This document shows positions 28,843 through 39,600 of a stretch of DNA of 64,000 bases, piece after piece. The stretch covers positions 8,619,764 through 8,683,763 of the forward strand of contig CM082590.2 of the NCBI GenBank assembly GCA_040954595.2, given 5' to 3'. This DNA is from Balanoglossus misakiensis. Its lineage: Eukaryota > Animalia > Hemichordata. The notes below the pieces were generated by a model. The model worked only from the letters and a program-made list of their open reading frames with translations. It was not told the DNA's origin and did not search any database. The first letter of the stretch is position 1. Each line of letters begins with the position of its first letter. Made by a program: the position numbers and the translations under genes.

Positions 28843-31174
28843 TTAGTATCTTCGTGAGCTGCGATAGGGGGAACGAGAACGGGAACGCGAGCGACTGTAC
28901 GACCGACTGTAGCGCCTTCGCTTGGATTCGTAGCGATCGCCATAACGATCACCGCCACCATAGCGATCACCGCCCCCATAGCGATCACCGCCACCATAGC
29001 GATCACCGCCGCCTCCATAGCGACTCCTGTAGTTGCCACCGGAACGATATCTGGACCGATCCGGACTCCGTCTGCCACCGAATGCTCGGCCATCTCTGAA
29101 AGACAAAGATGATTTCTTAATTAATTTCTTCATACAAATATTAAACATGCAAATGAGCTATGACATTCTAATTTCTCACAATGCCAAGTTGTCTTACATT
29201 AATTTGAATAAAATGAAATTTCTCTGTCGGAAAATAAAAAAAAAAGACAGCACAGTGGATAGAAATAATGTCAGTTGACAAAGTGCAAGATTCTTGGATA
29301 AGAATTGGGCCAATGAATTCGACTACAAATTAGATGTCCCTGGCATTGCAGCCCTTCCACCCTTATGCTTTTGATTTGGTTTAATCCAAATCATAGTCAC
29401 TGGGGTCAAAGATTGCAATGTCGCAGGGTCATTCTAATCTTGGTCACATTGAACTTGAAGGCATGCACGGATCATTGGGATGATTGAGAATCTTTCTTCA
29501 ACCCTTTCACCACCATGGTTTGGTCCCCATCTGTTATTTTTTCTATGGTAAAGTTGGACCTCTACAGAGGAAACTGGGGGTGAAAGGGTTAAGAAACAGG
29601 GAGGGTTCTTATCTGTGGTTGCAAAAGAGTTACATACCAATACTTACTGTCACTTGTATTCAAGATATAGCTTGCCACATGATAAGGGATTCTGATACAC
29701 ATTATGATAATGGTCTGATAAACCTCAGGCAATCGCATGAATTTTTAATATCAAGCGTCGGGGCGTGTGATTGATAAACACAAGGTGATAACCAGCCTGG
29801 TATGATAATCTGCCCGACCATCGATATAGATAGATATAATAGGCTCGTAATAATTCTAAATATCGTCCTTGAGCGTCCCATGCTTGTTTGATAAACTTGA
29901 TCTCACAGCGATATATGTGTGATAAGATAACAAGAAATAGCCCTTTTTTCGGCCGCCAATTCCTGATAATATCACTGGGGAAAAGACTGGACAAACAGAC
30001 AACATTTGTAATACAAATTGTAACCAGTTTAGATGGAGATTGTTGGGTTACAAGAAAATAATCTTAATAGTATACTACATATTCTTTGATTTCTACGAGA
30101 AAAAAATTTCAACTGATCACAAAAATAATGTGAAAATACGAATATTTAAGCATGCGTTAAATAGATAGAGAAGATAATATTTGGTATTCGTGAATTTTGT
30201 CTATTTCTTAAAAATGTCTATTTCAGAAGAAAATCTTAAATGGTCTGTTTCACAGAAAACAAAGCTAGGAATGATGTTTTTTTTTAAATAATAATAATGT
30301 TTGTGTATTATATTTATACTAACCTGAAGGGAGCTCTGTTGAACGGTGTGTAGAGAAGTCGACGTGGTTTTTCATAATTTGCACTCAAGGGAGGAGGTTC
30401 CTGATCACGGTTGACGTACTCTTGGTAAAGCGCATCATTCTCTGTGAACCTCTCGGCGAACATCTCTTCGAAGCCCTTCAAGATCTTCTCTCGCTCCGCC
30501 TTCCTCGCCTTGGCAACTTCTTCGTCCGTGTCGCTGCTACTTGCGCTGCTGCTACTGCTTGAAGATCGCCGGCGGCGTCTGTCTCGTCGCTTGCTTGATG
30601 GAGATCTACTACGACTTCGACTGCGGGTGGATCGACGTCTCTTCGGGGTTCTGCTGCGGCTTTTGCTTCTCTTCCTGTCCGGGCTTCGGCTGCGGCTTTT
30701 GCTCCGTACACGGCGTCTCTCTGCTGATCGACTGCGGCTTCTGCTTGAGCGACTCTTGATCCGCTCACGGCCGCGCTTTTCCACACTTCTGCTGCGACTT
30801 CTAGATCTGGCATGCCGCTTTTCCGGTGTCTTGCTCCGGCGTTTTTCTGGCGATCGGCTGCGACTTCTGCTGCGGGGACGCTTTCTTTCCGGACTTCTGC
30901 TGCGACTTCTACTTCTAGCACGCCGTTTCTCTGGAGTCTTGCTTCTAGATCTACTACTCCGACTCTTGGTTCGCGCACGTCGCTTCTCAGGTGACCGACT
31001 ACGACTTTTGCTGCTTCGACTCCTTGTCCGGGTCCGCCGTTTCTCCTGCGATCGACTACGGCTCCGATCACGCCGTTTGACCGGAGATCGACTGCGGCTT
31101 CTGCTGCGGGAGGAACGTTTCACCGGCGAGACGCTCCTGCTCCGGGCCCGTCGTTTCTCAGGACTCGCTGGCAT
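28843..31174 (-). CDS. RAMAC: RAM-domain protein (RNA guanine-N7 methyltransferase activating subunit-like) with long N-terminal RS region and C-terminal GGGDRY/RS tail, 2 coding exons, 367 aa
   Basis: Exons 31174-30324 (donor AG|GTTAGT) and 29095-28843 (acceptor ttcag) are phase-consistent (1104 nt). FEEMFAERFTENDALYQEYVNRDQEPPP matches the RNMT-activating domain of human RAM as I recall it ([28 protein letters not shown]). Confidence 0.85.
29498..29592. mobile_element. ~95-bp piggyBac-like MITE (TTAA-CCCTTT..AAAGGG-TTAA family) in the RAMAC intron
   Basis: Terminal inverted repeat accctttcacc / ggtgaaagggt. Other copies at ~37757, ~40700 (reverse), ~47043, ~47206, 55561, ~59133, 60724, 61817 (reverse) and 62996 (reverse). 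Confidence 0.8.
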
Positions 31175-32179
31175 GTTGACAACAGACGACGGATGAGGAA
31201 GTTGGACAGCGTGCAAGCGACGGAAAAACGGTTTGCATGCAATCAAACTAACACACGGAGGTCAAAAATACTATCTTGCGTGAACGAAGGGCTATATGTA
31301 AGTAATGATACCTACAGAATAGCTAGCACTCGCCTTATCACTGCAAAATTATGGAAAACACTGCTGAAACATCATCATTTGGTCCCAACATCATTTGCAG
31401 GCGGCCATGTTGGATTTTACCCACAATTCAATAGGTAGGTCACCTTGAGGGCGCATTTGATATCAACACACAGACTTGCCGGGTAAGTACACGATCAACC
31501 AGAAACAGTCTCCGATTTCAAAAACTCAGCCGGTTTTCGTGCCGAAAAGATTATTTTTTTACTAGCCCGATATAAGAACTGGCGCGCCAATTCATTATGA
31601 TGGAGATCGCCAGAAAATTCAGCTGGAAAAGCGGGGAAACGACCTCCATTACGTGTGTCCATTACATTCATTGAAATACACACAGTGATCAGTCAGTGTA
31701 TATTTCATTTTTTTTTAACATATTGTAATAATTCTTATAATATATGTCAGGCAAGATTAATATGTTTCGAGCTACGTTTGAAACGATCTACGTTATTGTT
31801 TATCTTAATTGATAAAATGTATACCAAGACATATCTACTGGAATGTAGAAATATTATTTTAAAAATAGGTTTTGCGATTTCCCATTATAAGTGACGTATG
31901 TATAACATTAACATGTAACTAATCATGTGTTGACCTGTTTCAATCATAATGTATATATTAAGTGTTGTTGAATCATATATTCTTTTATGATATTTTAATC
32001 AGTGAATAATTGCATATACTTATCAGGACAATTATTTGATTTAATATGCAGATAGATATTCTAAAAGGGAAAGTGGTGAGCTATTTTTAGAATTTGGGGA
32101 ATAGTTTATTTATATTGAAGAAAAGATAATATAAGGTAATTTTTGAAATGTTTATATTACATAGAAGTTAAAGGCCACA
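31175..32179. promoter_or_regulatory. Probable bidirectional promoter and 5' UTR region between RAMAC-like and CCNH
   Basis: Divergent start codons ~1 kb apart. YY1-like ggcggccatgtt at ~31400, a candidate non-coding CCNH exon donor ccgg|gtaagt at ~31482 and an acceptor at 32164. Confidence 0.55.
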
Positions 32180-35113
32180 ATGTTTCACAGTAGCACACAG
32201 AAAAAATCATGGACGTTTCTCAATGAAGCTGAAATCAACAAACAACGTCAAGAAAATATACAACTGTATATTGAAGAACATGGGCAAGATTTACAGGTCA
32301 GTAATTTGATTGTCTCAGTTTAATTGAAATTGTGAATAAGTACAAGCACCCTTAGATCTTTGTGAGATAGTGACTTTTGCCAGGTCAATAACTTATTATT
32401 ATTACCCTTTGTTATCGACTCAGGAAGAAGCAATCAGGGAATATTTTTTAACATTCCAAGAAGAGAGACTTCTGTGCAGACATTATGAACATCTGTTGCG
32501 TGATTTCTGTCGGAAATTCGAACCTCCTATGCCACCAACAGTCATGGTAAGTGTCATGGGGGAATATTTTTAATTTTTGCGACATTATGGATTTGAATTT
32601 AAGATACATTGACAAGTCTGTATACCTGTGTCTGTGTGACAAGACTATGCCTGTATGTCTCTCACCCCTGAGTCACGAACACACTCTCTCTCTCTCTTCA
32701 TCTCGTCTCCAGGCAACTGGCTGTGCGTATTTGAAGAGGTTCTACATCCACACCACAACAATGAACTACCATCCCAAATGGATCATGTAAGTATAGTATA
32801 AATACTCAACATTCTGAGGCACTGGGATGGGAGTTTGATATTTAAAGAACAACTTATGAATTTTACTTTGGCCTTTTACCTGAAAATGATGTTTTATGTG
32901 ATGGGAGATTTGGAATTGGTTAGGTGAATTTGGAATGACTTCACATGGATTAATAAACAAAAACTCTACCCTTCCATCATGCCATGAATCAAACTCTGTC
33001 AATCTCCCTATACAAATGTGGGAAGACATCCCCATTCCCGAATAAAACACGGAAGACTTGACCATCCTTGTTTTTCATTTCAGGTTGACTTGTATATACC
33101 TGGCGTGCAAGGTCGAAGAGTTCAACGTCTCCATCATGCAGTTTGTCGGGAATTTGCAAGAAAACCGTGAGAAGGCCACAGAACTGATTCTGAATCACGA
33201 GTTACTCCTGATGCAACATTTGAACTTTCACCTCATTGTGCATAACCCTTTCCGACCTGTAGAGGGCTTCCTAATAGACATTAAGGTATTAACGTCCACA
33301 TATTAAATCTCTGAATTTTGCTGAAACTTCTAAAATATAGATCAACATCAGTGGTATCATAAAAAACTTCTTGGCATTCCATCCTGATTGTGCTACTTCT
33401 GAGAATATGATTATGAAGGAAGGAAATTCACTCTATCTTGATAATCTTTTTTTATCACAGACACGAGTACCTAGCGTCACTGATGCTGAATCTCTGAGAA
33501 AATCTGCAGAGGAGTTTGTCTACAGATCTTTGGCTACTGATGCTTGCCTTCTGTTCACGCCATCACAGGTACAGAGTTTTTTACGTCGTTTATGTGATTT
33601 ATGAGATATTGGTATATTTCATATCTTTGCATTACTCTCTTATTACATTGTTTAACTTTGTATTACTTTACATTGAATTATACTGCATGACATTGTATTC
33701 TATCGTATTACAGATTGCTTTGGCTGCAGTTCTTCACAGTGCATCAAAACAAGGAGCGAACTTAGACAGGTAAATCTTACTTTGTTGTAACTATGACAGT
33801 GAAACAACAGACAATTGACATGTGGCCAGCTACCCATTAGCCATTTCAAAGTTGACTTGTCTATAAAGGCTACCAGACTTTTGAGGGGGATGTAAGGTTT
33901 TAGCACGAAAACATCAAATCACATTCATATATACGTTACATTTATTTCATCTGACGTTCTTTGCTTGTTTATTACAGTTACGTGACTGAATCATTGGTTG
34001 GCAAAGGAAATAGAGATCTCTTGAAACAGACTGTGGACCAAATTAAACGTAAGTTTTGGGTTCAAATCAAAAAAGGTTTACGAGGTTGAAAGTGAAGAGG
34101 TTAACAGTCAAAGTTCAAAGGTTAAAGTGCGTTACTTTCTTTTACGACAGGAATACGTTACATGGTGAAGCATATTGATCCGTTAGATGCTGGGAAGATT
34201 CAGTGCATTGAGGAGAAAGTTCAACGATGCAGGAACCAGGAACTGAACCCGGAAAGTGAAATGTAAGTCTCTTTAGTATTCCTTGCTTTTATTTGGGAAC
34301 ATTCCTGTCTTGTGTATGAACACATCAATTAAAATTCTTATATGTGACAGGTAACTACCAGATGGCAACTTTGTTTCAAACTCTTTGCTCAATTTCTTGG
34401 ATGACTACTTCAATTGTTTCTTTTAAATCTTTTGACTGTTTATCAATGATTTGTTCTCTAAAACTTGATTTCTGTCTTCTCATATTTTTACAGTTACAAG
34501 CAGAAACTGCAAGAGAAATTACAGGCAGAGGAGGATGAGTTGTTCATCAAGAGAAAGAAAATTTCAGAGGTACATTTTGAGATTTCTCTTACTTCAATGT
34601 ATCATTAGCATAATGAGAAAAGACTCTCATATTTTTCTGTGAAGTTGATGACAACATCAGATGTAGAGAGGGGAGGGGAGGGGGTGGGAGAATGTGAGAA
34701 ATGGGTGGGGAGGGCCTGAAAAAGGTCAAGATGGATTGTAAAGAGATTCGGCAAATCTTGATCACTGCAAAATGGGTCATTCAGTACATCAGCATGACAA
34801 ATGATTACATACGTGCATTTTCTTATGCTGCTCCAAAGCTCTGGAACTCACTACCTGATGACATTCGTTTAGCTACCAGTCTAGACTCTTTTAAGGGGAA
34901 ACTGAAGACTTACTTGTTTAAAACAGCCTACAGTGTGTGAACAACCATCGGGCGCCACTGAACAGTTCTCTGGATATTGGCGCCATAGAAATGTTTTTGA
35001 TTGATTGATTGATTACCTAAAGAGAGCTTTAGTTGAATATTAATTATCTCTGATTATCTGTCTTCTAGCAAACAAGAGCAGCTGATGAACAGTTTCTGAT
35101 GATGAGCGTCTAG
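32180..35113 (+). CDS. CCNH: Cyclin H, 10 coding exons, 327 aa
   Basis: Exons 32180-32296, 32424-32546, 32713-32786, 33084-33285, 33461-33568, 33714-33769, 33978-34048, 34151-34262, 34494-34569 and 35069-35113, GT-AG and phase-consistent (984 nt). Motifs [59 protein letters not shown] and LLFTPSQIALAA. Confidence 0.97.
34810..35014 (+). mobile_element. 5'-truncated LINE (L2/Crack-like, CR1 group) 3' end in CCNH intron 9
   Basis: Encodes [40 protein letters not shown], the typical ORF2 C-terminus of this group. A short 3' UTR with a ggcgcc stem and a (GATT)n tail follow. Confidence 0.85.
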
Positions 35114-36679
35114 AGCAAAGCTGGAGGCTTGTCAACCAAGGTGTATGCTGCCACCAAGTGACCAAGAGGAGAGATGCAACTTTGGGATAACGGTTTCCAT
35201 GGAGACATTATATGCATACTGCCAGCAATAAAAGGGAAAAAATTATGGTTTTCAATTACCATACTCCAAATGAATATTTCGGTGACATTTCAAGATAATT
35301 TTCTTGCTCATATTCGAATTTCAGTCTTCCAAAAGATGGTGTTTATTTAACTTCTGAATAAAACATATGGGATTATTTTGGTGTCTTTGAGTTTCAGTAT
35401 CTGTACTGTTCCTGCGATTTTTTGTGATTTTCATTATCAAGTTAATTTCATTTATGACTTGGTCGTCAACAGATATACATTCTGTATCTAATCTGCCCAT
35501 TTAAACAAGGTCTGTAACATTACCTTTGATGACGAATACAACATCAAAAGATAATGCACTGTATGTATGTATAGCTTGGAAAATAAATGTCATATTTATT
35601 TCAAAATGTATTGAAATATGTTGCCTTTGTGTCATTACCCCCATATAAAGTAAATATAGATCTAAAACATCTAAAAAGTTTGATACATTTACAAATATAA
35701 CATAAATATATTAATAAAATCTACAACGAATTCTATTACGATACCTTTTTAGTATTTTAATTCACTATAAGATACAAAAGTTATTGCTGTAGATATAAAC
35801 GTATCATCGTTTTAAAATGGGGCTGAATTTTTCCCTTGTCATGAAAGGTTATGCATGATTGGCTGACAGCACACTCAAAGGAAGAGAGCGCCATCTCACG
35901 ACCAATCAGCGTCAGTCTTACATTTGTTAACAAAATCCACTATAGGTTGTGAGATAATTTAGAAATGGTATAAATATCTTGGCAGTTGTAACGTATCTTC
36001 AAACATTTGTCATTGAAGAGGGACTTGTACATGAATAAATAGAAGAAGGAATATATTTCAAGTATTTTGTGCATAAATAAACCCCCAAAGTTGAGTAAGA
36101 TCGTCTTTTGTCTTTTACAAACTTAGACTAGCCTCTTCAAGATGATTTTTTTGGTGAATGGACGAAGAGAACTTGTCTCCATAGCTTCGAATAAATCAAC
36201 CACCGTCATCATTTGGTTTTGATGTGTTTAGTCTCAAAATACCACTATACTGTCGTCCTGTTGGAATGCTGATGTTCAACTCTTTTGGCATTCATGATGT
36301 AATGCTGAAAATGGCTTTTGGCCAAATTTCTTGGGGGTATTATGTCCACCAAGACTTTCTAGCTGTGCCGATAAAACAACTCGGGCAGTCACATATAAAT
36401 ACATGTGCGCTAACTTTAAATTGGTGGGTTAGTGTTGTCTGGTTCTTGTTGATTATTGGCAGTAATTTTGGTTCTCGTGGTCTTCAGTTATTCTTTGGTC
36501 CAACAATTCTGGATGAGGCAGTCAACCATCTTTTCACACCACAGATTACAGTACCAGGTACACAGAAAATAGTTTCTGGTGGTTGCAGTTAGATCACCAT
36601 TGTTTGACATCACGGACTACCAGAACAAACCCCATCAACCTGACATCTGCACATTCTCATTCTGGTCTCTTTACTTCCT

Positions 36680-39600
36680 CTACAGGAAATAAATATGTTT
36701 GTTTCCTTTCTCTCGATGACCTAAAGACTTTGTTGATTTTTTTGTCGATGTTTTGGGTCTGGGTGTTGGCTCTAAGCTTTCATCGTCTTCAGAACTCTCA
36801 TACCTGTCAAAAAACAAACAAAATGAAAATGAACATTAAACTATCTACCAGTGTATGTTAACTGCTAGGGTATACTGAAATTATTCCAAAATCTGGAGAT
36901 GCAATCTTCCTTCTTTTTGGAAAAGAGTAATTTTTACTTTGACTCTCAGAAATTTGACCACAAGCAAAAAAATAATATCTTTATCTCTGATAATGCAACC
37001 TCTCCCCAATTCTGAAAGACTTACAATAATAATAACCTTTATTTCGAGTGCAAGCTCATAGATAAAAAACAATAAAGTAAAACATTGAACTTAAATATCA
37101 GACACAAAACGAAACATAAAAAAGTTTAACATCGTTACAGAAAAAAGAAAAAGGAAAAAACTATATACATGTGCAAGAAATATATTGTTCCCTATAGTGA
37201 TAAACCTTTAAGTCTAGAAATAAAAAATCTACTGTAATATAAATAATCTATTTTCCTTTGGACTCCTACCTATTAATCCTGGGTAATCCTTCCTTGTCCT
37301 CCATTGCTGCTAATCTAACATTTCCTGACTATTAAAACTTTCTTCAGCCATGAATGTTTCGCGCCTAGCCTTCATAACTCCGTCGTGATCAAAGAGACAT
37401 TTCATTGTCGCGTACGTACTTTTACTGGTCACGATCCTACCTGATGACCTAATCATGACTGATCACGGCATTTTGTTTTTTGTTTTACGAGATGAAACTC
37501 AAGTTTTTAATAAAACAGTTCCGGAATACATTACATGATCGCTGTAGTGTCAATATGGTTGTGGATGTTAATGTTGGAAGCAAGATACGTGTACTGTACA
37601 TATCCATCAACATGTGACTAAAACTGAGACCTGTTTTCGGTCTTTCTTTGTACACTTTATGTACAATGTTTACTAGATGCGTGTGTTGTGACAACACTTG
37701 GTCAAAGAGTCGTTGACTTCAGGTAAACCGCGCAAAGTCTTCGGTCCAAAAACAGACCCTTTCACCACGATGGTTTAGTCCAAAACCATTGTTTTCTTTA
37801 GTGAAATTAGACCTCAGGGAAATGGGGTGGGGTGGGGTTGGGAGGGTGGGGGATGGGGGTGAAATGATGGGCCGACATGTAAATCATGAACCAAAGAAAT
37901 TCAGCCAAACCTACCAGGCCTTGCCCGTGTCTTCCTCATTAGGCATTGGAGATGAGAAGAAACTGTCAAACTCGTTGGATGGAGAGTCGCTCTGTAAAAA
38001 AAGACAAAAGTAAAAGTGATGTGAGTTTTCTTGAGTGTGTCTAAATGAAATGAAAAATGACATTTCCTGCCTCACATGAATTTTCATTTCCCATATTGAC
38101 TGAGAGGGTTTTGAAACAATCTGATTTAAATCAAGTGTTTAGTTGGCTCGATCTTTACGTTTGCTGGTTCTTTAATTGCTGTTCTGTTCTCGGACAGAGA
38201 TGGGGACATCCTAGCTGCAGTTCAGTACTGGTAGCTCTAGGTTTTGTCTGTTGGTTTGTGTGTTGCACAGAAACCAACAGTCAAAACCTAGAGCTACTGA
38301 AACTGAGAACTACTAGGGACATCTGAGAACATAACAGCAAAGGACAAGCATATGTGAAGATCGCGCCAACTCTCTATCTGATTTTAATCAGACTGGGTTT
38401 TGCATATTTGGAATCAAACTGACAATTACTCACCAGATCAAAAGGTACTTTTGGTTCACCATTCACCATCGCTACTGGCAACTGATCTCTGTTGCTGACA
38501 TCGCCACGATCAACTGTCACGTCATTCTCAGATTTCCCATCAATGTTATTTTCCTGTCTCTGATTTACGGAATTTGCTGATTTGGATTCCATGGAATTTG
38601 TCGCTTTGGTCTCCTTCCTGATGATCCTGATTCCAGTGGGGCTGGAGAGTGGTTTGGAATCTCCGGAAGTCCTGATGTCACTCTGGAATCCCGGAATATG
38701 ACCGACAGATCCAGGTTTATTCCCTGTCCGGCTAATTTCCACTTTCCTGACATTGTGTATTCTGGCCTTCTCTCTTTCCTGCTCCATGCTTTTCATATTT
38801 ACATCGTGCTCCGGAATTTTCTGTGATGATTCCGGATGTTTCATTCCGGTATCAGCTTGCCCACGATTGATCACTTGTTCATATTTCTCCTGCATCAATC
38901 CCTGCTTGGAATTCCCGGATATCCCTTCCACAATTTCTTCAGCTACTCTTCGGTTCTTTATCCCGGATAAGTCTTCTCTGCTTGACTTTTCCGGAGATTT
39001 TCCAGGAATTTCCAAAATCGGGGCTAAGAATTCCTTCACAGAATTTTCATCACTGCCATTCCGTGATCCGCTTCCTTTAAAACCGGCAAATTTTATCCGT
39101 CTTTCCTTATTTGTCCGTCTTTTCAGTTTAATCTTGCTTTGTCCGTTCTTTTCCTTTTCACTCTCATCCATTTCTGCGGCTAAGTTTTCCGGCATATCCA
39201 CGAGATGTTTGCCCATCCATACATGAACACCCTGGCCCTGTTGCCCGTCTGCAGTCGTCGTGACAACACTAGTCGGTTGCACTTTCCGCATACATTCATC
39301 CATGCGTCGGATCATGTCCAGTTGTTGCGCCGGAAGGTGTTTCGCAAAAGTCATCTTCAGGTTTTCCGTACTGCTGCCGATCTTCTCAATGATGGGTTCC
39401 GGACGTCCGCGTTTATTGCTCATGAGGATCCACTGCGGAATGCTTTCCGGGATGGGTTTTCCGTCGCTTCCCACGCTGTCGTACAAACCCTCGGAATGAC
39501 TGCTGCCGGTCGACCCACGCTTCTTACTTCCGGAATCCAGTGATTCCATCGAACTTGAGCTGAGCGACGGTGATGATGTTTTCCTGGAATCATACACGTC

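Noticed and set aside
30444-31196. 250-aa Leu/Arg-rich plus-strand ORF and 197-aa alternative-frame ORF
   Set aside because: Antisense and frame shadows of the low-complexity RS coding region, with no independent domain signal.
37025-37470. Possible Penelope or LINE tail with hammerhead-like words in the last SNCAIP intron
   Set aside because: Motifs are too degenerate, and I could not establish pairing or a coding remnant.
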